Below, piece by piece: positions 1 through 7,963 of a stretch of DNA of 18,333 bases. Numbering within the stretch: position 1 is the stretch's first letter; every line of letters starts with the position of its first letter. The DNA lies in the IMG/VR virus record IMGVR_UViG_2778261506_000010; one strand, 5' to 3'. The position numbers and the translations under genes were made by a program. This DNA comes from a virus (Duplodnaviria > Heunggongvirae > Uroviricota > Caudoviricetes). Under the pieces are notes generated by a model. It did not search any database. It had not been told where the DNA came from and was given only the letters and a program-made list of their open reading frames with translations.

Positions 1-588
1 ATGATCGTAGATGTTGAAGAGAAAACAGTTAATGATTTCTTTAAAAGCAACACACTCTCACCTTTTTCTGTAAGAAGGTTTTATCCGGCATACTTGATGG
101 TGGAATGTGAAGATTTTTCATTGTTAAAGAACTTGATTGCATGCTTGAATTGTGATGGCAGAACTGTGGATTTTGTTAGAAATCAAATATCACTTGCATG
201 TCTTGCTATCTTATCTTCAGAGAAAATAGTGCAAAGTTTTTTATTTGGATGTCTTAATAGTTTAGGAAGTAAAGTTAAGGCTATTATTCACACGGATATA
301 TCTGCAGCATGGAGACTTTGTGATATATCTTCAAGACTGTATCTGAGTGAAAGTCTGTTAAAAAGAAAATTAAAGCACGAAGGCTTATCATTTAGTAAGT
401 TAATTCTTGAAGAGCGAATGGTGATGGCGGAAAGGTTATTAAGCTACAATTTATATTCTGTTGGAAAAGTTGCTGAGATATGCGGTTATGAAAACACGTC
501 ATATTTTGTAAGTGTTTTCAGAAGGTATTTTGGTGTTCCTCCCCATCAATATTCATCAAGATTTTTTTTAGAAAAAGACATGATGTAA
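1..588 (+). CDS. AraC/XylS-family transcriptional regulator (AppY/Rns/GadX-like subfamily), C-terminal ~195 aa; 5' end lies upstream of the window
   Basis: Reading frame is open from base 1 to TAA at 586-588. The C-terminus carries the AraC-type HTH signature (...SESLLKRKLKHEGLSFSKLILEERM...VGKVAEICGYENTSYFVSVFRRYFGVPPHQY). Sequence is visibly AT-rich. Confidence 0.8.
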   Translation: MIVDVEEKTVNDFFKSNTLSPFSVRRFYPAYLMVECEDFSLLKNLIACLNCDGRTVDFVRNQISLACLAILSSEKIVQSFLFGCLNSLGSKVKAIIHTDISAAWRLCDISSRLYLSESLLKRKLKHEGLSFSKLILEERMVMAERLLSYNLYSVGKVAEICGYENTSYFVSVFRRYFGVPPHQYSSRFFLEKDMM

Positions 589-649
589 CGTGATGCGTTT
601 TAATGATTTTGTAATTTTCGTATTTGATAATTGTATGATGCTTTCAGCT

Positions 650-680
650 ACGCCAGAATAATCGCGGCGTTTTTCTTTTT
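650..680 (+). terminator. possible weak intrinsic terminator after the regulator gene
   Basis: Short GC stem (CGCC/GGCG, 4-5 bp, ~11-nt loop) followed by TTTTTCTTTTT. The stem is weak, so this is tentative. Confidence 0.25.
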
Positions 681-775
681 GAATAGATGTTCAAGCCTTA
701 CGCTAATGTAACTTCTATACCTTTCCTCTTCGTTCCGAACCGTGTACACCATCCGTTATTTGCGGAGGTGAGGCT

Positions 776-991
776 ATGAAATCCATGGATAAGTTAACAA
801 CGGGTGTCGCCTATGGCACCTCAGCAGGTAGTGCCGGTTACTGGTTTTTACAGCTGCTCGATAAAGTCACGCCCTCACAGTGGGCAGCAATAGGTGTGCT
901 GGGTAGCCTGGTATTTGGCCTGCTGACGTACCTGACAAACCTTTATTTCAAGATTAAAGAAGATAAGCGCAAGGCTGCGAGAGGTGAATAA
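776..991 (+). CDS. S: class II holin, phage 21 S21-type pinholin (71 aa) with dual-start motif
   Basis: Strong SD GGAGGTGAGG 6 nt upstream of ATG 776. Product begins MKSMDKL (Met1-Lys-Ser-Met4 dual start for antiholin/holin forms) and is a close match from memory to S21 (...[17 protein letters not shown]...[10 protein letters not shown]...[19 protein letters not shown]). Two predicted TM segments. Its stop overlaps the next start (TAATG). Confidence 0.9.
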
Positions 992-1488
992 TGCCTCCAT
1001 CATTACGAAAAGCCGTTGCTGCTGCTATTGGTGGCGGAGCAATTGCTATAGCATCAGTGTTAATCACTGGCCCAAGTGGTAACGATGGTCTGGAAGGTGT
1101 CAGCTACATACCATACAAAGATATCGTTGGCGTATGGACTGTATGTCACGGGCATACAGGAAAAGACATCATTCCCGGTAAAACGTATACCGAAGCAGAA
1201 TGCAAAGCCCTCCTGAATAAAGACCTTGCCACGGTAGCCAGACAAATTAACCCGTACATCAAAGTCGATATACCGGAAACAACGCGCGGCGCTCTTTACT
1301 CGTTCGTCTATAACGTGGGCGCAGGCAATTTCAGAACATCTACTCTTCTTCGCAAAATAAACCAGGGCGATATCAAGGGCGCATGTGACCAGCTACGTCG
1401 CTGGGCATACGCTGGCGGTAAGCAATGGAAAGGCCTGATGACTCGTCGTGAGATTGAGCGTGAGGTCTGTTTGTGGGGGCAACAATGA
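991..1488 (+). CDS. R: SAR endolysin (phage 21 R21-like lysozyme, T4-lysozyme/GH24 fold)
   Basis: 165-aa ORF. N-terminal Gly/Ala-rich weakly hydrophobic segment ([21 protein letters not shown]) typical of signal-anchor-release domains, followed by a lysozyme-like core. ATG overlaps the holin stop. Confidence 0.9.
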   Translation: MPPSLRKAVAAAIGGGAIAIASVLITGPSGNDGLEGVSYIPYKDIVGVWTVCHGHTGKDIIPGKTYTEAECKALLNKDLATVARQINPYIKVDIPETTRGALYSFVYNVGAGNFRTSTLLRKINQGDIKGACDQLRRWAYAGGKQWKGLMTRREIEREVCLWGQQ

Positions 1489-1949
1489 GCAGGGTAACCG
1501 CGATTATCTCCGCTCTGGTTATCTGCATCATCGTCTGCCTGTCATGGGCTGTTAATCATTACCGTGATAACGCCATTACCTACAAAGCCCAGCGCGACAA
1601 AAATGCCAGAGAACTGAAGCTGGCGAACGCGGCAATTACTGACATGCAGATGCGTCAGCGTGATGTTGCTGCGCTCGATGCAAAATACACGAAGGAGTTA
1701 GCTGATGCGAAAGCTGAAAATGATGCTCTGCGTGATGATGTTGCCGCTGGTCGTCGTCGGTTGCACATCAAAGCAGTCTGTCAGTCAGTGCGTGAAGCCA
1801 CCACCGCCTCCGGCGTGGATAATGCAGCCTCCCCCCGACTGGCAGACACCGCTGAACGGGATTATTTCACCCTCCGGGAACGACTGGTAATGATGCAGGC
1901 CCAACTTGAAGGTGCTCAGCAATACATAACCGAGCAGTGTTTAAAGTAA
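1485..1949 (+). CDS. Rz: Rz-like i-spanin (inner-membrane spanin subunit)
   Basis: ATG 1485 overlaps the endolysin stop (ATGA). N-terminal TM helix ([16 protein letters not shown]) then a charged, coiled-coil-prone periplasmic domain. The track start at 1473 is a GTG; ATG 1485 is preferred. Confidence 0.85.
   Translation: MSRVTAIISALVICIIVCLSWAVNHYRDNAITYKAQRDKNARELKLANAAITDMQMRQRDVAALDAKYTKELADAKAENDALRDDVAAGRRRLHIKAVCQSVREATTASGVDNAASPRLADTAERDYFTLRERLVMMQAQLEGAQQYITEQCLK
1705..1890 (+). CDS. Rz1: Rz1-like o-spanin, outer-membrane lipoprotein encoded in the +1 frame entirely inside Rz
   Basis: 61-aa ORF nested in Rz. SD AAGGAG ~8 nt upstream. Lipoprotein signal peptide [20 protein letters not shown] (lipobox VVGC) and proline-rich mature part ([15 protein letters not shown]). 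Confidence 0.85.
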   Translation: MRKLKMMLCVMMLPLVVVGCTSKQSVSQCVKPPPPPAWIMQPPPDWQTPLNGIISPSGNDW

Positions 1950-2068
1950 AATCTTAACTACAATATGATTCATTTTGATGATTGTTTCATAAGGAACAGT
2001 GAAGTAAGATCTAAGAGGAGTTAAATTTTATACAGTATAATCATAATATTGCAGCAAGGTGGTTATAA

Positions 2069-3544
2069 TTGAAAGAATATTTAGATATGAATACATCTCA
2101 TGTAAGAGTTGTTACTCATATGTGTGGGTTCCTGGTTTGGCTCTATAGTCTTTCAATGTTGCCACCAATGGTTGTAGCATTGTTTTATAAAGAAAAAAGC
2201 CTGTTCGTTTTCTTTATAACTTTCGTTATATTTTTTTGCATTGGTGGCGGAGCGTGGTATACAACTAAGAAATCTGGCATTCAATTACGTACCCGTGATG
2301 GGTTTATTATAATTGTAATGTTTTGGATTTTGTTTTCTGTTATTAGTGCATTCCCTTTATGGATTGACTCAGAACTTAATTTAACGTTCATTGATGCTCT
2401 GTTTGAAGGGGTTTCTGGAATAACAACAACAGGAGCAACTGTAATTGATGATGTTAGTTCATTACCTCGGGCATATTTGTACTATCGGTCACAGTTAAAT
2501 TTTATAGGTGGTTTAGGAGTTATTGTTCTGGCGGTTGCTGTATTGCCATTATTGGGTATTGGTGGTACAAAGCTTTATCAGTCAGAAATGCCGGGGCCAT
2601 TTAAGGATGACAAACTCACTCCCCGCCTGGCCGATACGTCACGGACACTGTGGATAACTTATTCTTTATTAGGTATTGCTTGTATTGTCTGTTATAGACT
2701 TGCAGGAATGCCTTTGTTTGATGCTATTTGTCACGGGATTTCCACAGTTTCGCTTGGTGGTTTCTCAACTCATAGCGAGAGTATCGGATATTTTAATAAC
2801 TATTTGGTTGAGCTGGTGGCTGGTTCTTTTTCCCTGCTATCGGCTTTCAACTTCACTCTTTGGTATATTGTTATTAGCAGGAAAACGATAAAACCTTTAA
2901 TCAGAGATATTGAACTTCGTTTCTTTCTGTTAATAGCCTTAGGGGTGATCATTGTTACCTCTTTCCAGGTCTGGCATATAGGTATGTATGACTTGCATGG
3001 AAGTTTTATTCATTCGTTTTTTCTTGCCAGCTCCATGCTCACTGATAATGGTTTAGCTACGCAGGATTATGCAAACTGGCCCACGCACACGATAGTGTTT
3101 TTGCTGTCGTCAAGTTTCTTTGGGGGATGTATAGGTTCAACTTGTGGTGGAATTAAGTCACTTCGATTTCTTATACTTTTCAAACAAAGCAAACACGAGA
3201 TAAATCAGCTTTCTCATCCCAGAGCGTTGTTGAGTGTAAATGTAGGAGGGAAGATAGTTACAGATCGTGTAATGAGGTCTGTATGGAGTTTCTTTTTTCT
3301 TTATACTCTCTTCACGGTGTTTTTTATACTGGTGTTAAATGGTATGGGATATGATTTTCTTACATCATTTGCAACAGTGGCTGCATGTATTAATAATATG
3401 GGATTAGGTTTTGGGGCTACTGCATCGTCATTCGGAGTGCTTAATGACATTGCAAAATATTTAATGTGCATAGCTATGATTCTTGGTCGCCTTGAAATTT
3501 ATCCTGTTATTATATTGTTTTCAGGTTTTTTTTGGCGCTCCTAA
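2069..3544 (+). CDS. trkG: TrkH/TrkG-family potassium uptake membrane protein (Rac prophage trkG-like)
   Basis: 491-aa polytopic membrane protein with TrkH-family hallmarks (...FEGVSGITTTGATV..., ...LPLLGIGGTKLYQSEMPGPFKDDKLTPR..., ...GGCIGSTCGGIKSLRFLILFKQ..., ...ILGRLEIYPVIILF...). Very AT-rich compared with flanking phage genes. Start is TTG 2069 (SD-like AAGGTGG 6 nt upstream) or ATG 2087 (MNTSHVRVV...). Confidence 0.9.
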   Translation: MKEYLDMNTSHVRVVTHMCGFLVWLYSLSMLPPMVVALFYKEKSLFVFFITFVIFFCIGGGAWYTTKKSGIQLRTRDGFIIIVMFWILFSVISAFPLWIDSELNLTFIDALFEGVSGITTTGATVIDDVSSLPRAYLYYRSQLNFIGGLGVIVLAVAVLPLLGIGGTKLYQSEMPGPFKDDKLTPRLADTSRTLWITYSLLGIACIVCYRLAGMPLFDAICHGISTVSLGGFSTHSESIGYFNNYLVELVAGSFSLLSAFNFTLWYIVISRKTIKPLIRDIELRFFLLIALGVIIVTSFQVWHIGMYDLHGSFIHSFFLASSMLTDNGLATQDYANWPTHTIVFLLSSSFFGGCIGSTCGGIKSLRFLILFKQSKHEINQLSHPRALLSVNVGGKIVTDRVMRSVWSFFFLYTLFTVFFILVLNGMGYDFLTSFATVAACINNMGLGFGATASSFGVLNDIAKYLMCIAMILGRLEIYPVIILFSGFFWRS

Positions 3545-3628
3545 TATATGGCTGATTTATAATTGTGAGTTTAATATTATATTGACTCACTCATTGATCC
3601 AATACCTAACTTTACCAGCAACACCTCC

Positions 3629-3665
3629 GCCCCCAGTAGCACTGGCTGCTGGGGTGCGTTTTATT
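3629..3665 (+). terminator. intrinsic terminator downstream of trkG
   Basis: About 10-bp stem CCCCAGTAGC / GCTGCTGGGG (one G-U pair), 4-nt loop ACTG, then GCGTTTTATT. Confidence 0.5.
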
Positions 3666-3681
3666 CATAAAGCAAGGCTGT

Positions 3682-4470
3682 ATGAGCGAGAAATTAAAGA
3701 TAGTCTATCGCCCATTACAAGAATTGTCACCGTATGCGCACAACGCCAGGACGCACAGTACTGAGCAGGTGGCACAACTGGTAGAAAGTATTAAGCAATT
3801 CGGCTGGACTAATCCGGTGCTGATTGACGAAAAGGGCGAAATTATTGCGGGTCACGGTCGTGTTATGGCGGCTGAAATGCTCAAAATGGATTCTGTTCCG
3901 GTCATTGTTCTGTCTGGCCTGACGGATGAGCAGAAAAAGGCGTACCGCCTGGCAGATAATCGCCTACCGATGAATGCTGGCTGGGATGAAGATCTGTTGC
4001 GGATGGAGCTGTCGGACCTAATCAATGCTGATTTTGATGTCTCCCTGACAGGCTTCGGCCCGACAGAAATTGATGAACTGTTGACGGATGTTTTGCCCGG
4101 TACAGGAAATAAGGAGGAGCCGTATACGACGAAAATTGATACGCCTGTTTATGAGCCGTCGGGCGGTAAACCGGATATCAGTGAACTGTACGACGATACG
4201 AAAACTCAGGAGCTGATCAGCCGGATACGTTCGGCGTCCCTTGAGCCTGATATTGAGAAATTCCTCCTGTGTGCGGCAGAACGTCACACGGTGTTTAATT
4301 TCAGCAGAATTGCGGACTATTACGCTCATGCCCCCGCTGAAATTCAGTGCCTTTTCGAGGAGTCGGCGCTGGTGATCATTGATTATCAGCAGGCTATTGA
4401 AAATGGATTTGTCCGAATGACGCAGCGCATGGTGGCGATCATGCATAGCGGGGAGGAGGAATATGCGTGA
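3682..4470 (+). CDS. ParB-like nuclease (ParB N-terminal/sulfiredoxin-like) domain protein, ynaK-like
   Basis: 262-aa ORF. N-terminal region resembles the ParB N-domain (...YRPLQELSPYAHNARTHSTEQVAQLVESIKQFGWTNPVLIDEKGEIIAGHGRVMAA...). C-terminal half is acidic with no obvious known domain. Confidence 0.7.
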   Translation: MSEKLKIVYRPLQELSPYAHNARTHSTEQVAQLVESIKQFGWTNPVLIDEKGEIIAGHGRVMAAEMLKMDSVPVIVLSGLTDEQKKAYRLADNRLPMNAGWDEDLLRMELSDLINADFDVSLTGFGPTEIDELLTDVLPGTGNKEEPYTTKIDTPVYEPSGGKPDISELYDDTKTQELISRIRSASLEPDIEKFLLCAAERHTVFNFSRIADYYAHAPAEIQCLFEESALVIIDYQQAIENGFVRMTQRMVAIMHSGEEEYA

Positions 4471-5326
4471 TGATTTTTGCGCCTTTATTCTGACTCACGG
4501 GCGACCGGACAAAGTTCTGACTTACCGGACGTTGCGTCGTGCTGGCTATACCGGGAAAATTTTTATCGTTGTTGATGATGAAGATAAGACACGGCATCAG
4601 TACATGGCTGAATTTGGTGAACAGGTGCTGGTATTTTCCAAAGCAGATATTGCCAGTCGTTTTGACGAAGCCGATAATTTTGGTGACCGCCGCTCAATTT
4701 TTTACGCCCGTAATGCCTGTTTCGACCTGGCAAAACTGGTCGGGTGTAAATACTTCATTCAGCTCGATGATGATTATCACGAGTTCCAGTTTCGGGTGGA
4801 TCGCAACTATGACCAGGCCTATTTCCCGATAAGGAAACTGGATGCGATCCTTTCTGAAATGCTGGCGTATTACGAATCAATACCCGCGCTTTCCATCGCT
4901 ATGTCGCAGGGCGGGGATTTTCTTGGTGACAATGGCGGCCATGCTTCGTGGGTGAAACGCAAGGCAATGAACAGCTTTATCTGTTCGGTTGATCGACCGT
5001 TCTCATTCATGGGGCGCATTAACGAGGATGTGAATACGTACACGAATCTCGGTCGCCGTGGTGAATTGTTTATGACGATCGGTGCTGTCCAGTTAGGGCA
5101 GAAACAGACGCAGAAAAACAGCGGCGGAATGACCGAGCTGTATCTGGATTCCGGGACCTACGTTAAAAGTTTTTATTCCGTCATGTATGCGCCGTCGTGC
5201 GTAAAAATCTCACTGATGGGCGCCAGCCATAAACGCATTCACCATCAGGTCACCTGGAACAACGCTGCAGTAAAAATCCTTCACGAAAAATACAGGAAGA
5301 AGACACCCTGCATATTAATGGGGTGA
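4463..5326 (+). CDS. hypothetical protein, GT-A-fold (family 2-like) putative glycosyltransferase, ydaY-like
   Basis: 287-aa ORF with SD GGAGGAGG 5 nt upstream; start overlaps the ParB-like stop (ATGCGTGA), indicating translational coupling. Motif layout resembles GT2 enzymes: FILTHGRPD (cf. IPTYNRP), IFIVVDDED (cf. IVVDDGS), FYARNACFDLAKLVGCKYFIQLDDDY (DxD region). No obvious TM helices. Confidence 0.75.
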   Translation: MRDDFCAFILTHGRPDKVLTYRTLRRAGYTGKIFIVVDDEDKTRHQYMAEFGEQVLVFSKADIASRFDEADNFGDRRSIFYARNACFDLAKLVGCKYFIQLDDDYHEFQFRVDRNYDQAYFPIRKLDAILSEMLAYYESIPALSIAMSQGGDFLGDNGGHASWVKRKAMNSFICSVDRPFSFMGRINEDVNTYTNLGRRGELFMTIGAVQLGQKQTQKNSGGMTELYLDSGTYVKSFYSVMYAPSCVKISLMGASHKRIHHQVTWNNAAVKILHEKYRKKTPCILMG

Positions 5327-5329
5327 CAA

Positions 5330-5581
5330 ATGATTCCGTATTCGAAAGTCGAGTCTCTGGCAGCGTGCCGGATGACTGCACAACAAATCGCTGACGTACT
5401 GGATGTTGATCTGAACCGACTGAAAGAAAATCGGGAAGCAATGACAAATTTTTACGCGTCCATCCGTAAGGGCAGAGCGAAAGGTGAAGCCGAGCTACGG
5501 GCGGCATTGTTTAAGCTTGCCAGAAAAGGGGATGCCTTTGCCCTGCGCGAACTACTCAGGGTGGATAAAAATCAGGACTAA
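5330..5581 (+). CDS. small hypothetical protein (83 aa), possible HTH DNA-binding or terminase-associated protein
   Basis: ORF sits tightly between the GT-A-like gene (stop 5326) and terminase small subunit (start 5585). Putative HTH segment MTAQQIADVLDVDLNRLKEN. Confidence 0.55.
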   Translation: MIPYSKVESLAACRMTAQQIADVLDVDLNRLKENREAMTNFYASIRKGRAKGEAELRAALFKLARKGDAFALRELLRVDKNQD

Positions 5582-5584
5582 CTG

Positions 5585-6679
5585 ATGAGCAGACCGGACT
5601 GGGGGGCGTTGCAGCAGGAGTATATTGCTGAATACACCCGCTCCGGTATATCTCCGGTGGCATGGTGTGAAGCAAGGGGACTGAATTACGCAACAGCCCG
5701 TCGTTACATCAAAAAACCTCCGAAAAATGCGCAGACAGAAATGCGCAAAACTGCGCAAAAAAGTGCGCAGAAAAAATCTGCGCAGACTGCACAAAAGCGG
5801 AACGGAAAATCTCAGGAAAAAAAGCCAGTATCCGATGCGTACCTGAATGAGGGCGATGCGGAAGAAATTTCGTTCTGTCCCGATGAATTCGGCGTTTCTG
5901 ACCAGCAGGCGAAATTCGCAATGCTGGTTGCCCAGGGGAAAAAACTCGTTGAGGCATATCGCCTGGCAGGATACGAGTCAGAGGGGAATGCGGCCTACGT
6001 AACCGCCAGCCAGCTCCTAAGAAATCCTAAGGTTTTTCGTGCTATCAGCTACTTCCGCAATCAGTACCAGAAACGCTATACCGCAGACCTGGATTTACTG
6101 GTGAGTCAGTTGATGGCCATTGTCCAGGCCGACCCCAATCAGTTGGCACAATTTCGCCGTGTTAACTGCCGTTATTGCTGGGGCGAGAATCATCACTACC
6201 AGTGGCGCGATATAGCAGAATTCGATAAGGCAGCGGCGCAGGCCTCCAGAGATGGCAAACCCGAGCCGGAATATGGTGGCCTTGGCTTTGTTGATAACGC
6301 CATACCCAATCCGGACTGCCCGAAGTGCTGCGGTGAGGGAACGGGGCAGCTTTATATGGCTGATACCACTCTGCTTGATGGGGATGCGCGGCAATTATAT
6401 GCAGGGGCAAAGCTCGGAAAATTTGGTGTTGAGATCCTGCTGGAGGATAAGGCTGCCGCCCGGCGTGAATTGTTGCGTTTGCTTGCTGCTGGCGGGGCTT
6501 TATGTGCAGATAAGCGGCTACAGGAACTGGAAATTGAACGGCGCAGAATGGAAAACCAGAAGCTGCGCAAAGAGATCGAAACGGTGGAGGATAATGAACA
6601 TCCCCAACCTGTTGCGATCAATATTAATGTGGTTGATGCCAGAGTAAGGAGTGATGAAGATGATCTCTCCGACGCTTAA
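5585..6679 (+). CDS. terminase small subunit (Terminase_2-like core with N-terminal HTH, Cys4 zinc ribbon and C-terminal coiled coil)
   Basis: 364-aa ORF immediately upstream of the large terminase. Motif ...QQAKFAMLVAQGKKLVEAYRLAGYESEGNAAYVTASQLLRNPKVFRAI... matches the TerS family pattern. CxxC...CxxCC at 6167-6331. Confidence 0.7.
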   Translation: MSRPDWGALQQEYIAEYTRSGISPVAWCEARGLNYATARRYIKKPPKNAQTEMRKTAQKSAQKKSAQTAQKRNGKSQEKKPVSDAYLNEGDAEEISFCPDEFGVSDQQAKFAMLVAQGKKLVEAYRLAGYESEGNAAYVTASQLLRNPKVFRAISYFRNQYQKRYTADLDLLVSQLMAIVQADPNQLAQFRRVNCRYCWGENHHYQWRDIAEFDKAAAQASRDGKPEPEYGGLGFVDNAIPNPDCPKCCGEGTGQLYMADTTLLDGDARQLYAGAKLGKFGVEILLEDKAAARRELLRLLAAGGALCADKRLQELEIERRRMENQKLRKEIETVEDNEHPQPVAININVVDARVRSDEDDLSDA

Positions 6680-7961
6680 TGTGCCTCAGGCGCGATTTCT
6701 TTCAATGCCCCACAAATTTAAAGCCTATGTCGCTGGTTTTGGCTCGGGTAAAACATGGATTGGGTGTGGTGGCATATGCAAGGGGATTTGGGAACATCCT
6801 GGTATAAATCAGGGATATTTTGCGCCAACGTATCCCCAAATTCGCGATATTTTTTACCCTACAGTGGAAGAAGTTGCTGCTGACTGGGGATTGAATGTAA
6901 AAATTAATGAGGGAAATAAAGAGGTTCATTTTTATTACGGACGTCAGTATCGGGGAACCACTATCTGCAGATCGATGGAGAAGCCGCAAACGATCGTCGG
7001 TTTCAAAATTGGTAATGCGCTGGTGGATGAACTGGACATTTTGCCGAAGGAAAAAGCCAGAACAGCGTGGCGCAAGATAATTGCGCGTATGCGTTATAAG
7101 GTTGATGGACTTCGCAACGGTATTGACGTTACAACCACGCCGGAAGGATTCAAATTTGTCTACGAGCAGTTTGTTAAAGCCGTGCGTGAAAAAACAGAGC
7201 TGGCCTCACTGTATGGTCTGGTGCAGGCATCTACTTTCGATAATGAAAAGAACCTGCCAGCAGATTACATTCCTTCGCTTCTTGAGTCATACCCTCCAGA
7301 GCTGATTAAAGCCTATCTTCGAGGACAGTTTACTAACCTGACAAGTGGTACTGTTTACCATCAGTTTGACCGGAAACTGAATAATTGCGAAGAAGTGGAG
7401 CAGCCAGGGGAGCCGATTTATATTGGGATGGATTTTAACGTTGGAAAGATGGCGGGGGTCGTCCATGTACTGCGTTTGGGGCTTCCATGTGCGGTAACTG
7501 AAATCATCAATGCCTACGATACACCGGATATGATCCGCATCATTAAAGAACGCTTCTGGCTGTATGACGGGAATGATTACCGGAAAGTGAGGGAGATTTA
7601 TATTTATCCAGATGCTTCCGGAGATTCCAGAAAATCAAGTAACGCAAGTACGACGGATATAGCCCAGCTTAAGCAGGCTGGTTTTAACGTTGTGGTGAAC
7701 AGCTCGAACCCGCCAGTAAAAGATCGCGTTAACTCAATGAATGCAATGTTCTGCAATGCCAATGGCGAACGTCGCTATAAAGTTAATGTGAAGCGTTGTC
7801 CGGTATATGCCGAATCTCTGGAGCAACAGGTCTGGGATGATAAGGGGGAGCCTGATAAAAAATCAGGCAACGATCACCCGAATGATGCCGGAGGCTATTT
7901 CATCGTTAAGCAATTCCCTATTATCAAACCGACCGGAAGAGTCACATCACTTCGGATTTAA
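6660..7961 (+). CDS. terminase large subunit (ATPase/nuclease)
   Basis: Walker A-like motif AGFGSGKTW near the N-terminus; acidic nuclease-like C-terminal motifs (IYIGMDFN..., ...GNDHPNDAGGY). SD AAGGA at 6646-6650 favours ATG 6660; the track start 6651 is GTG. Overlaps the end of the small subunit gene. Confidence 0.85.
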   Translation: MISPTLNVPQARFLSMPHKFKAYVAGFGSGKTWIGCGGICKGIWEHPGINQGYFAPTYPQIRDIFYPTVEEVAADWGLNVKINEGNKEVHFYYGRQYRGTTICRSMEKPQTIVGFKIGNALVDELDILPKEKARTAWRKIIARMRYKVDGLRNGIDVTTTPEGFKFVYEQFVKAVREKTELASLYGLVQASTFDNEKNLPADYIPSLLESYPPELIKAYLRGQFTNLTSGTVYHQFDRKLNNCEEVEQPGEPIYIGMDFNVGKMAGVVHVLRLGLPCAVTEIINAYDTPDMIRIIKERFWLYDGNDYRKVREIYIYPDASGDSRKSSNASTTDIAQLKQAGFNVVVNSSNPPVKDRVNSMNAMFCNANGERRYKVNVKRCPVYAESLEQQVWDDKGEPDKKSGNDHPNDAGGYFIVKQFPIIKPTGRVTSLRI

Positions 7962-7963
7962 TT

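Noticed and set aside
589-775. Late promoter (pR'-like) and Q-utilisation site upstream of the holin
   Set aside because: Only poor -35/-10 matches (e.g. TTGATA 624-629, TATGAT 634-639, with wrong spacing) and no recognisable Q gene in the window; too weak to call.
5728-5793. TGCGCA repeat array as a possible CRISPR or iteron array
   Set aside because: Repeats are only 6 bp with irregular 9-15 bp spacing and lie inside a coding frame; they do not match CRISPR architecture. Retained as a pac-site candidate instead.
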